Source: Diplonema japonicum
Taxonomy: Eukaryota > Protista > Euglenozoa: Diplonemea
Assembly (NCBI GenBank): GCA_964019335.1
Contig: OZ025674.1
Coordinates: 124,001-188,000, forward strand
Reading direction: 5' to 3'
Length of the DNA: 64,000 nucleotides
The translations under genes and the position numbers were made by a program. This document shows positions 1 through 10,217 of this stretch, in pieces; within the stretch, counting starts at the first letter, position 1, and each line of letters starts with the position of its first letter. The notes below the pieces were generated by a model that saw only the letters and a list, made by a program, of their open reading frames with translations, made no database searches and had not been told where the DNA came from.

Positions 1-1317
1 ATGGGGCGTGACTACGACCGCAGGTGGTTCTCCTTAAGGGGGCAGGTTCTCGTTTACTACGAGGAGAAGGGCCGCATCAGCCTGTCGCCCGCCCACGAGT
101 GCGCAGCGTCAGGGGAGAGCTTCATTCTCGCGGGGCCGGGGATGAGCAGGAAGTTCGAATTGAAGGTATGGACCAGTGCAAAGCCTGTAATACTACTTTC
201 AGGCCGACAAACCGGAACAAAAAGATAAATGGATTGCCGCTCTGAAGAGCGCATCAAAGGCAGCGAGTGGCGCACAGGTATTCAAGATGGACACCACACC
301 ACACCACACCACACCACAGACGCTGCATTCACTTGAGACACTGGAAACAGCGGGGAGATACCAAGTGCAGTGCAACTGGCTAGCAGAGTATCCCAAGATC
401 GGTGCCAAAGAGTACGTGATGGCTGTTGGGAGCAACGGAGTGGCGAATGGTAACCACAGCCCCCCTGCCCCTGTGCAGAATGCAAACAACGAGGAAGTAC
501 AAAGATTGATGGAGCAGATGCAAGAGTCGCAGAAGAGATACGAGGAGGAAAAGGTATCCAATTGCAGGACATACCACACCACACCACACCACACCACACC
601 ACACCACAGGAGTCGATGCAGGCGATGCTCACGCGTCTGAACGAGGAGCTGAACGAGGCGAGGATGCAGGTGGCAGCAGCTTCGGAGCAGACGACGCAGG
701 TGAACGGTGAAGAAGAACGACAGGAGCTGGAGAAGGCACTGAGCGAAGCGAGGAACGAGTCTGCAGGGTTGGGGAAGAATTTGAGTGTTGCAACAGAGGA
801 GAACACCAGCCTGAAAGCGGAGGTGGAAAGGATGAAGCAAGAGATGGCAGAGATGGCAGCAAAGGTCAACGAACAAGAACAAAAGCTGCAGGAGAACAGC
901 AGGCTGAACGAGGAGGTTGTTGCTGCGCCTGAACCTGCGGCGGAGGCCGTTGCTGCACCTGTGGTGGAAGCCGTGCCTGAACCAGCTCCAGTGCCCGTAG
1001 CAGAAACTGTTGCGCCTGTTGCCGCGCCTGCCCCAGAACCTGTGCAAGTAGCTGCCCCAGAACCTGTACAAGTGGCTGCCCCAGAACCTGTACAAATCAT
1101 CCCGTTGCAGGACGAGCCCAAGGACAGCACAGACACCCCTCACCACCCGCAGTCGACGTGTGAGGAGCCCCCTAGACCTGTTACCCCTCCTGAGGCTATC
1201 CCCCCTGTTCCTGCTATTTCAGAGCCCGCCCCTGCGGCCGCTGAACCTGTCCCTGTCCCTGTCCCTGCCCCTGCTGTCACCACAGACGGCAGCTCTGCAT
1301 TCCTTCTTGCGGACTAA
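1..1317 (+). CDS. PH-domain protein with coiled coil and Pro/Ala/Glu-rich tail; join(1..165,203..277,320..553,610..1317); probably 5'-partial
   Basis: Removing GT-AG introns 166-202, 278-319 and 554-609 gives one frame: RRWFSLRGQVLVYYEEKGRISL...FELK|ADKPEQKDKWIAAL (PH-domain C-terminal Trp helix), then a coiled coil and PEPVQVAA repeats. Confidence 0.85.
1028..1095 (+). repeat. 24-bp coding tandem repeat, ~3 copies (APEPVQVA)
   Basis: ctgccccagaacctgt(g/a)caagt repeated. Confidence 0.8.
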
Positions 1318-1948
1318 GGGTTGTCTGACCAAAACAAAACAAAAAGAAATTAATTTTCGTGGGTCTGTAGCTCATACTTCTCTCCAATCATAGTGAATTA
1401 GTGAATCTTATTTCCCCCTACTGGCCGTGCATGGCATCTGTGTGCAGTGATTCAGTTATCCGCTACTTCGTAAATCACCCATTCATCCCTCACGCTAAAG
1501 AACGTATTTTCACCCCTATACCCCCGGAGGGTTCTCTGTAAGGGAAAGAAACGAAAAGAAGAAGAAGAAAAAAAATAGCTGTTTATAACCAACAAATAAT
1601 GAGGCATAGTTAAATAATAATGACTCATTTGGTAGTCAGTTAAGTAGCTTTATTCACTCTTCGTCATCGAGTCACTCACTGCTGCCGCTTTCAAGACGGG
1701 TCAGCTTTCCCCCCGGGGGGCAGGCAATCGGCTTTATTTGATATTTGTTGAACTTTGTGAGTGAAAGAAAATGACGAAGGGTGCAAGAAAAAAAAAGGAG
1801 GCGAAAGAAAAGAGGGAAGAAGAAGAAAAAAAAAAAAAAGAACAAGGGAAAAAGAAAAAAGAAAAGAGAGAAAAAAAAAAAAAAAAAAAAGCCGATACCC
1901 TGCTCGCTATCAGGCTGTAAGTTTTGGGGAAAACGGGTGGTTTTTTTT

Positions 1949-1985
<37 letters not shown>

Positions 1986-3175
1986 TCTTACAACTTCCAC
2001 TCAAAGAACAAAAGAAAAGAAGGAAAGAAAAAGGATTAGAGCCAATACATCGCTGCGTAAAGAAGAAGGGAAAAAAGAGAGAGAAAAGAAGAAAAAAAAA
2101 AAAAAAACCATAATAATAATAACAATAGGTGGTGTGGTGTCTAAACACCAAGCAAAGATCCTTTTTCTTCGCATTCGGCTCCGGTCAACATTCGGGGGGG
2201 GTTTTTTTTTTCTTCCTTCTCTCGACTTTTTCTGTGTTTGTCTGTAAGTCCCCAACACCCACCCCGCCCGGCGCAGCACACTCACACACTCCAAATACAT
2301 TTTTTTTGGGAGGTTTTTTGTTCTTCTTAATTGAATTCGGGGCAAACTGTGCCCACCCCCCCGCCCCGCCCCTATTTTTATTCGTCTGTGCTTGCTCCAT
2401 GTTTTCAAAGGCACGTTTTATGCCCTTCACCCCCTAGCGGGGTAACCTCCGTGCAAATTTTGCGTCAAAGCTGGGAATAGAGAGACTCATCGAACCATCA
2501 AGTAGCGGTTTACCCCCCCTCTACCCACTCCGAACGCCTTTTGATTTCTTTCCACCGAAGGTCGGGGTGCTTAAAGGAGGGGGGAGGGGGGTGGGGGTTC
2601 TGTAAAGTGAAAAATAATATTTTGGAAAGGATAGCACAGTTGCTGGAAGGGTAGTTTTTACAGAGGTTTCTTCTAAGAAAAAAAGATTTTTAAAAAAAGT
2701 GGGAGAGAGCGGGGAAAGCTCTTTTTTAAAAAAAAAAAAGTTTTTTTTCTGTTTTTTTTTCCCCGCAGTTAGTCGTGGAGATTTTCTTCCCCTCCCTTTT
2801 TATTGAGTGCTGCCACCAACAACTTTTTTTCTCCCCCTTCGGACTTTTATTCCCGGCAGAAGAATAAAAGAATTTCGCTGCATTTAAAAAAAAAAGGAAG
2901 AAAAAAAAAAAAGCGTCTCTTGCCAGGAGTTGAATCTGTAGTAATTATGTTTCTTGACTTTTCTTTTCTTTTTTTCTTTTTCCTGTCTTTCCCTTTCCTT
3001 TTATTATTTCTTCCCCCCCCCAAAAAAAGGCGCTTCCACCCCCCCTTTTTTCCCCCCCCTCTGTCACACTTTTTTTTTTTCCCCCCTCTTTGTTCCTTTT
3101 TTTGTATAGTTTCATCCGGAAATCTAAATTTTTTTTTAAAAAAAAAAGGGGGGGGAAGTGGATGTGAAAATACAA

Positions 3176-4339
3176 ATGGCGGGTACGGAAAACATCTTGA
3201 GATATTCACTGGAAGCATTGTTGAAAAAGGTGAGGGCGGATGGGGAAACCGCTCAGAAGCTTCTTTCAGGGACGAATTTGATGCTCAAAATCTTTAAAAA
3301 TATTGCAGCGAACCCTGACGAGGAAAAGTATCACAGAGTACGGAAGGACCAGGAAGCGTTCAGCCGTGTTTGGAAGGTAGCAGGGTGGCGGGAGTTTTTG
3401 ATCCTAGCCGGATTTGTCGAAGACAGCGAACATATACGGTTTATCTGGTCCGCAAGCGGTGTAGCCGCCTGCATCGATACCCTCGGGGAAGAAATGCTCA
3501 ATCTCGAGCAACTAATCCATCGGGAAGCACAGGAAAACGTGAAAAACAATTATTCGCAGTCTGTACAGGAGGAGCTGAAAAGAGTTGAAAAAATGGAGAA
3601 AAATCTCGCTTTAGACCGCGCTACTGCGTCCTTGCCCCCCCTGGGCACAATCGACAACCTCGCCAAGCTGCCTTCAAACGTCCTTGAACTGCTTCTTAAA
3701 GTCATTCGAAACATCTGCTTAAACCAAAACAACGAGAAATACAGAAAACTCCGAACCGAGAACAAAACAGTCAAAGAGATCTTGCGTCATAAGCCCGCAT
3801 GGGAACAATTGCAAATCACAGGATTTGACATTGATGGTGAATACATGACGTGGGACCCTGTGAGGGGAGCCGGCTGTATCCACAATGCACTTGTCGGTGT
3901 TGAACAAGCGTTGACCCTCAAGATCGATGAAGAAACCCGAGATTTCGACGACAGAGCGGCGTCGCTTCGTTCTGTTCCAAAAGCGGACCGAAGCAACCTC
4001 CACAATGCAAGACCATCAGGCAAAGCAATCCCCGCCGAGTACCAAGAACAACTCCTCACCGCAACCCAGCTCATCAGCGACATCCAAGGCCTCATGGAAC
4101 AAGACTGGCTGCTTAAAGGTGCGGTGGGTTACACCGCAGATTTTAGAAAACAAGGCGCGGCCATTCACGAGCAGTTCAAACAAGGCGTGCTCACCATCAC
4201 GGACCTCCACGACTTGAAGGAAACGTGGAAGGGGAACATCGAGGCCACTAAGGCAAAAACCGGACGGACAATGTTGAACACTATCCCCGTAACATTGCAA
4301 GCTGACACACAGGAACGCATCGGGAATAAGAGGAAATAA
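3176..4339 (+). CDS. Tandem PUB-domain protein (p97/Cdc48 cofactor-like)
   Basis: Two PUB motifs: KIFKNIAANPDEEKYHRV...FLILAGF and KVIRNICLNQNNEKYRKL...LQITGF; first ATG at 3176. Confidence 0.85.
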   Translation: MAGTENILRYSLEALLKKVRADGETAQKLLSGTNLMLKIFKNIAANPDEEKYHRVRKDQEAFSRVWKVAGWREFLILAGFVEDSEHIRFIWSASGVAACIDTLGEEMLNLEQLIHREAQENVKNNYSQSVQEELKRVEKMEKNLALDRATASLPPLGTIDNLAKLPSNVLELLLKVIRNICLNQNNEKYRKLRTENKTVKEILRHKPAWEQLQITGFDIDGEYMTWDPVRGAGCIHNALVGVEQALTLKIDEETRDFDDRAASLRSVPKADRSNLHNARPSGKAIPAEYQEQLLTATQLISDIQGLMEQDWLLKGAVGYTADFRKQGAAIHEQFKQGVLTITDLHDLKETWKGNIEATKAKTGRTMLNTIPVTLQADTQERIGNKRK

Positions 4340-4433
4340 AAAAATAAAAAAAAATAAAAAAAAAACATTGTTTTTTTTTTGTCAGGAATTCTTTTCTACC
4401 CCACCCTTTGAAAAACCACACAGCCAGGGTACC

Positions 4434-6371
4434 ATGGCGAACCACACCCCTGTGGTAGCGCAGGTGTTAGTCACGGATGCGCCGGAAGGACACAGCAATC
4501 CTTTTGAGGAGCGGAGTCTCCTTATTGAGGTGCAGAAGGACACGCCTGCAACGATATTGGAAAAGCTGAACGTGCCTAGGGGGTTCCTGTGTTATTTCGG
4601 GCGGATTATAGATGACTCGCTTCCGGCGAAGAAGTGGTACAACGGAGACCACCCGATGGTCGTGATCCCCGTGGCGAAGGACTACATAGAGGACGATGAG
4701 ATACGAAACCAGAACTCCGCTTCTCGGTTAGTGGACGGAGGCATACCCATCTCGCACGCGCTGAAGGCACTGGGCAGGGCACACTGGCACAGAGGGTTCC
4801 TAGAGTTCTCTGAGGCGGCTACCGATGCACGGAAGCTTGTTGAAGCAACATCTCGTTCCTCTTACAACGAACGGACAGAAGTCGTGACCCTTGACTCCTA
4901 CAAATCACTCTGCCACTGCGGACCGTTCAGAGCAAACGGGACAAGCACCCCCGACCTCATCCTCCCACCGCACACTACAGGCTTCCTCGACCATCTTCAG
5001 GTTGAGGGGTCATGGCAATGCTCCACCGACTTCCATCGTCTTTCCGTCGAAGAAATCTCGGAATTGCAACGGGTAGGCCGTATATGGGCAGGGCGGACCC
5101 CGCACATCGAAGAGGTGGGTAAGGCTGTTGTCCGGGTGTTTGGATACCATCCCAAGGGCAGCAGAGGCCCTGGGCTGAAAGAAGCACATAATGAAGGACC
5201 CGCACAAACGAGTTTTAAAGAATTCCGTGTTGACGACAGCGATATGCTGTACCGGGCAAGGCCGTTCACAGCATTCTTCGTCTCCCCCACTTTGCTCCTC
5301 TCCACCCGCACTGCACGCTACGACACGGAGCATAACACCTACGCGGAACATTTCTACTGGACGCCGAACACAGATGCCATGCTGCCCCTTCTACGTGAGG
5401 GTGTCGACCTCTTCCGCTGCAAGGAGGTGCAGGACGTGTCGTCCTTCCTCGTCGAGAAGATCAGGTCCATCGGCGTTGAGCTGTCGGACGACAAGATCCC
5501 TCCCGAGAACATGGCGGTGCCTTGGAATGATTTGATGTTGCTGCAGGTCGACAAGGTTCAGGCAAGCAGTCATTACCTCCTCCCAGCGATGGATATGTTT
5601 GGAAAAGGAGACGCACTGGTGTCGGTGATGTACCCCGAGCAGCCGACAGACCAGTGGGTGAGCGGGGTGTGTGGGGTAGATGGCCATGCCATGCCTGTCG
5701 GGCTAAGGGAGCTTACAGATCTTTTTCACGGGTTTGATCGAAAATTTGCGTCGTTGGGGCATATTCGTGACGAACCTGACCAAGGGATGATGTCACACAC
5801 TTGTGGGCTTGCACCCGGCAGTGTCGGGTCTCCTGTACTTCATCAGTTCGAAGCACAGATTAGCGGGGAGAAGCCCATCTTAACCTTCACAGGCATCAAC
5901 TGCGGCCGCAGCGTTGAAGAAATTACACAAACAAGAAAGGACATCGAAACAAACTCCACCACACCCGCAGCTGTAAAGGCAGCCAAATCGTTGAACATGT
6001 ACAACCATGCATTGACCGTCCAGCACATCACATTTGTGCTGCTGTATCAAGAGTACGTGTTGCAGGACTTCACAGGCATGCCTGAGGAAGAATACCTTCA
6101 GAAATTCCTTGCTCCCTACACGGTGTTTGTAAAGCAAGACGTGCTGTCGAGCTGCCACAAGAAAATGCTGAAAGACGCGGAGGATCAAAACGACTGGGGG
6201 ATGGCGTTCTGGGAGAAACACGACATTGGGTCTGCACTGTACTGCTTCCGCGAAGGGGCAAGAATGTTCTGCATTGCCACCATCCCCGACATGTCACCGA
6301 TGGAGCTGAAACTGAAGGACGCCTTACAGTCGAACGTTTCAGCGGTGGTGATGAGCAAGATGGAAACGTAA
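4434..6371 (+). CDS. Protein with degenerate trypsin-like serine protease domain, possible N-terminal ubiquitin-like region and C-terminal TPR-like helices
   Basis: FTAFFVSPTLLLSTRT, NDLMLLQV and HTCGLAPGSVGSPVL match trypsin-like peptidase motifs, with His and Ser missing. Confidence 0.7.
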   Translation: MANHTPVVAQVLVTDAPEGHSNPFEERSLLIEVQKDTPATILEKLNVPRGFLCYFGRIIDDSLPAKKWYNGDHPMVVIPVAKDYIEDDEIRNQNSASRLVDGGIPISHALKALGRAHWHRGFLEFSEAATDARKLVEATSRSSYNERTEVVTLDSYKSLCHCGPFRANGTSTPDLILPPHTTGFLDHLQVEGSWQCSTDFHRLSVEEISELQRVGRIWAGRTPHIEEVGKAVVRVFGYHPKGSRGPGLKEAHNEGPAQTSFKEFRVDDSDMLYRARPFTAFFVSPTLLLSTRTARYDTEHNTYAEHFYWTPNTDAMLPLLREGVDLFRCKEVQDVSSFLVEKIRSIGVELSDDKIPPENMAVPWNDLMLLQVDKVQASSHYLLPAMDMFGKGDALVSVMYPEQPTDQWVSGVCGVDGHAMPVGLRELTDLFHGFDRKFASLGHIRDEPDQGMMSHTCGLAPGSVGSPVLHQFEAQISGEKPILTFTGINCGRSVEEITQTRKDIETNSTTPAAVKAAKSLNMYNHALTVQHITFVLLYQEYVLQDFTGMPEEEYLQKFLAPYTVFVKQDVLSSCHKKMLKDAEDQNDWGMAFWEKHDIGSALYCFREGARMFCIATIPDMSPMELKLKDALQSNVSAVVMSKMET

Positions 6372-6533
6372 AAGGATTGATCCCCCTCCCTCCCTCCCTC
6401 CCCATCCATTAAATAATAATTTACACGATTCTTTTTTTGTTTTGTTTTTTTTTTTTTTTAAATTTTTCCCTCTCCCACGTACACGTTTCAGAAAAGGAGG
6501 AGGAGGGGGTAAAAAAAAAAAAGAGAAATATTA

Positions 6534-7568
6534 ATGCGGCGTGTGTGTAGGTTGCTGCAGGACATTGTGCCATTACGGGAAGAGGTGTTGCATGGGATAC
6601 AGTTCAGAGGTGACAAACTGGTAGGGAAGATGGTCGATGAGGATTTGATGCAGGTAGGGCCCCCACCGCCGATGTTCAAGGAGTGGAACGTGAGCCACGA
6701 ATGGGGCACAAGATGCTTGGCAATAGGGTTTGAAAAGAACGGGTTCCGCGTGAACATGGAGACGGTCATGAAGAGCCGGCGGGAACTGCCTGTTAGGACA
6801 CGAAAATCCGGGAAATCTGCAAAATCCAGACAAATGGGGCTGGCAGCCAGCCCAACGGAGGTGGCACCGCTTGGAACCAACGACGCGACACATCTCACCA
6901 TCACCGTGAAGAACGAACTGAACTGGAGTCTTTGCATCAAAGCCTGGCTGCACAACGGCATATTAATCCTCAGAGACCTCATCACGTACAAAAACATACA
7001 ACCTTCTTTACTGGCAGAGCACGCCCACCGGTTCCGTCGGTACAAAGGCCCGAACCTTACCGAGTTCGATCTTGTGTGGAGCTTGTTTGGAGGCAAAGGG
7101 TACGCATGGAACCCTAACGCAGAACCCATCGAAGGGAGATACGAGGTGCGAGATGACACGGCCGATGACGGGGTGGTAACACCAGAGGAAAAACAAACGC
7201 CCGAAGAAGAGGATGCGCTCGACGAGAAAAGAATATTGATGGACGCGACGGAGCGTGCCTTGCGGAGGTCTCTCTACAAGAACCTTTCGCAAACCGACGT
7301 CGCTGTTAAGCGGCAGCAGCTCACCGTGTACGCACCTCCGCTTCCACCTCTTCTCAGTCAATACGAAACGTATTCCACCCTTCCTGTGCATGACCCGTTC
7401 GTAGCACTGTCACCCGAAGCCACGGACGCGTTGTACGATTTTCTAGATGAGCTTGGCATCAACGACCCGAACCTCACCATAGTGAATGACATGGTGGGGT
7501 ACGTTGAAGGGCTGGAGGCCGTGAGGGCCATGCATGCGGTGCTAGAGATGTTCGAGGAGGAGGTTTAA
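6534..7568 (+). CDS. Mitochondrial glycoprotein MAM33/C1QBP(p22)-family protein
   Basis: Arg-rich presequence-like N-terminus; YKGPNL; C-terminal LSPEATDALYDFLDELGIND...VEGLEAVRAMHAVLEMF resembles the MAM33 helices. Confidence 0.7.
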   Translation: MRRVCRLLQDIVPLREEVLHGIQFRGDKLVGKMVDEDLMQVGPPPPMFKEWNVSHEWGTRCLAIGFEKNGFRVNMETVMKSRRELPVRTRKSGKSAKSRQMGLAASPTEVAPLGTNDATHLTITVKNELNWSLCIKAWLHNGILILRDLITYKNIQPSLLAEHAHRFRRYKGPNLTEFDLVWSLFGGKGYAWNPNAEPIEGRYEVRDDTADDGVVTPEEKQTPEEEDALDEKRILMDATERALRRSLYKNLSQTDVAVKRQQLTVYAPPLPPLLSQYETYSTLPVHDPFVALSPEATDALYDFLDELGINDPNLTIVNDMVGYVEGLEAVRAMHAVLEMFEEEV

Positions 7569-7664
7569 ACCCCCCCTTCACTCGCTTCTTTTTCTTCCTC
7601 TTTTGGAGCTGACATTAAAGAGAGAAACTAAACAAGAACAGCAGGGGGAGGGGAAAAAGATAGA

Positions 7665-8046
7665 ATGATGCAGCGTATTGCCCGGCCTATCCTTGCCTGC
7701 AACCGGAAGGTCCGGTGGGTTTCAGGCCCAGGGGGGAAGGAGAAGTTTGAAGGTGCGACGTTTGAGAGCGATGTATGTCGGAAAAAAAAAAAAAAAAAAA
7801 CCTCAGTCGCTGCGAGTAGAGCGTGCGCGAAGAATTAAAATAGGAAGCCAGCTAGGGCTTGTGACTATTTGTGTGGTGTGGATTTACATCATCCGGTTTG
7901 CGGAACCTCCTGAAGTGGTATCTCTCTCTTTATCTCTAATACACACACAGGTCCTCCCAAACCATGTAAGGATACAGCGCCGAAAAGAAGAGCTGGCAAG
8001 AATAGAAAGAGGGGAGCAAGACGGAGAAGTAGACAGCGGAAAGTAA
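7665..8046 (+). CDS. Small single-TM protein, probably mitochondrial; join(7665..7772,7807..7917,7951..8046)
   Basis: MMQRIARPILACNRKVRWVS presequence-like start; A-rich intron 7773-7806 restores the frame; second intron 7918-7950 is in frame; TM LGLVTICVVWIYII. Confidence 0.7.
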
Positions 8047-8148
8047 AAAAGAAGGGAAACAAAAACAGTCTTCTTTCTTCTTTTTTTTTTCTTCTTCTCC
8101 GTGAAACAACAAAAGAAAAATGAAGGGAAAGACAAAAAGAAAAAAAAA

Positions 8149-8606
8149 ATGGATCTGGACGCCAATACACTGAAGAATGAAGATGATCCCTTGAAGTATG
8201 GAACACACACACACGCAATAAAAGAGAAAGAAAATAACTTTAACTTCCCCCCTCCCACAGGGTGATTCGAGAAATGTCTAACAAGCTTGAAAAACAATAC
8301 ATGGAAGATCGGGAAATGTACAAACAAGAGAAAAGAGGAGAGGAGCTGACAAAGGAAGAGAAGGAGAAGGTACTGCGCTACAGGGAAACGAGAAAAAAAC
8401 TGAGGGCGGCGGAGAAGAAAGGGTCTGGGATGTCGCTGATGGCAAAAATGGACCTTTTTGTGTATTTTCTGTTCGCGGTGGGAATTTACTTCGTGTTGTT
8501 GTGGGAGTACAAAATAGATATGCTGCCCATTGCTTTGAACTGGCTGAAGCCGAATTTTGATCATCATGATGAAAACGGCAACTGGAGGACGCAAGACGAA
8601 CTCTGA
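8149..8606 (+). CDS. Hypothetical coiled-coil single-TM protein; join(8149..8195,8261..8606)
   Basis: Intron GTATGG...CCCACAG (8196-8260) links ATG 8149 to the 8262 ORF; TM LFVYFLFAVGIYFVLLW. Confidence 0.75.
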
Positions 8607-8699
8607 GATTATTATTATTATTATCCCTCCCGCTTCGAAAAAAAAAAAAAAAAAAAAAAGAGGGGTGGAGGGAGGGGGAGGGGAAAAAAAGAAAAAAAA

Positions 8700-9329
8700 A
8701 TGAACAGCACTACCGCTACCACCCTCGCCTCAGTAATGGGCCCTCTTTCTATCCTTTCAATGATTGCGATACTTGTTGGTTCCAGCCAGTTTGTGACACC
8801 ATATTACTGGCATCCTGTGTTGATGACCTTTGGCTACGTTGTGATGATGTCACACGGGGTGCTCACCGCCACGCGTGCTGTGATGCTGCCTGCTGGTGAA
8901 CAGAGGCTTCAACTCTTGAAGAAGCACATGTTAATTCAAATCTTCGCCAATTTAAGCGTTATTGGAGGTTTGGTAGCCATCTACCAAAACAAGGAGCTGA
9001 AGGGAAAACAACATTTTTCAACGCCACACGCGAAGTTTGGCCTCTTCACCATGGGTATCTCCTTCTATTCGCCTCTTATGGGCATCTTCGGCTTCCGTTT
9101 CCTTGGCCTTACCAGCTACCTGAGTGACACAATTGTTACCAAGGTTAAGTCGGCCCACAGAGTCACAGGGTCCCTTACGGTCATTGCTGGTATTATGACT
9201 GCTGCTTATGGTGTTTATTTGCATTTGACGGGATACGCGCAGTACCTCCTCCTTATAACCCTTGCTGGTGCTGCTGCAACTCACGCGTACGTGGCGGTGG
9301 TGAAGAATCAAATTCAGATGCTGCCTTGA
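8700..9329 (+). CDS. Cytochrome b561-family membrane protein
   Basis: WHPVLMTFGY, KKHMLIQ, HFSTPHAKFG and HRVTG heme-ligand His motifs in multiple TM helices. Confidence 0.9.
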   Translation: MNSTTATTLASVMGPLSILSMIAILVGSSQFVTPYYWHPVLMTFGYVVMMSHGVLTATRAVMLPAGEQRLQLLKKHMLIQIFANLSVIGGLVAIYQNKELKGKQHFSTPHAKFGLFTMGISFYSPLMGIFGFRFLGLTSYLSDTIVTKVKSAHRVTGSLTVIAGIMTAAYGVYLHLTGYAQYLLLITLAGAAATHAYVAVVKNQIQMLP

Positions 9330-9474
9330 TACGCCTTTTTTTTTTTTTTTTTTTTTTTTTCCCGGAGCCCCCCCCCCCCCCCCCCCCCCCACCCCTCGCA
9401 TACTAAAATTGTATCGATTATTTTTTTTTCCTCCATAAGGTTTTAACCCCCCTCCCCAAGAGTTGATCTGTCAC

Positions 9475-9505
<31 letters not shown>

Positions 9506-9660
9506 GTTGTTGCGAGAACGAGTCTTTGACTTGTCCGAACTGAAGGGGAACGTTTGGCAACGTGTTTTACGGGTTTACAAACTTCTCCAGGTTTTGCCCT
9601 GGCACGTACAAACAACGCTTCTTTTTTTTTTTTTTTTTTTTTTTTTTGGTGCTTGAAACC

Positions 9661-9724
9661 ATGATGAGGATAGCACCTGGAGGAGTTGCAAAGTTGAATC
9701 CGAAACTGGGAGATACCCAGTTCT
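9661..9724 (+). repeat. Dispersed repeat copy A with hammerhead-ribozyme-like core
   Basis: ATGATGA-GGAT..ATCC-GAAA-CTGGG agata CCCAG-TT; 50/63 identical to 21703-21764. Confidence 0.6.
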
Positions 9725-10217
9725 ACAAGAGCCTCCCGTTGCAGCTCTCATGCGGAGCCAAAAAAAAATAATAATAATAATAATAATATCTCCTTCACTG
9801 CTAAATTGCCTTTTTAAAAAAAAACTTGTCCCCCATTTCCTTTTTTTCATGCTTGTTTCTTTGGTTTGTAAATCGGTGATCTTCCATTTACCCATTCTTT
9901 TATTTTTTCTGTTTTTTTTTTTCCAAAGACATCGTGAACGGGGGAGAGGGAAGAGAAAAAAAAAAAGGAAAAAAAAAAAGCACAGTTTCTTCAAAAAAGC
10001 CCACTGTTGGTTAATATACACGATGCAAGCTGCATCAAGGGGGTAGGGGAGGAAGGGAGGAATAATAAAGAGGGGGTGAGAAAAAAAAAAGAGGGGGGAA
10101 AAAAAAAACACCATCCACCTCCGTTCTCCCCATCAATTCAAAAAAAAAATCTCTTTTTTTTTTTTTTTTTACCCCCACACTTTTTTAATTCCAAAACAGC
10201 AACAAAAAAAAAAAAAA

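Noticed and set aside
291-609. (ACACC)n arrays as telomeric or CRISPR-like repeats
   Set aside because: They lie wholly inside introns, have no spacers and do not match TTAGGG
199-1146. Long minus-strand ORFs opposite real genes (also 25818-26849, 40855-41703, 47528-48406)
   Set aside because: Antisense shadows of biased codon usage; the + strand frames carry the recognisable domains
1734-3157. Numerous poly-Lys/poly-Phe ORFs here and in 14428-15690, 29422-39505 and 61179-63251
   Set aside because: Artefacts of A/T homopolymer runs, which lack stop codons; no domain content
9661-9750. Alternative readings of the hammerhead-like repeat: C/D snoRNA (ATGATGA box C) or decayed LINE zinc knuckle (STWRSCKVESETGRYPVLQE)
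   Set aside because: Copy A has no terminal CTGA box D, and both copies lack most Cys/His ligands. Hammerhead stems fit both copies better, though the LINE-relic reading is not fully excluded
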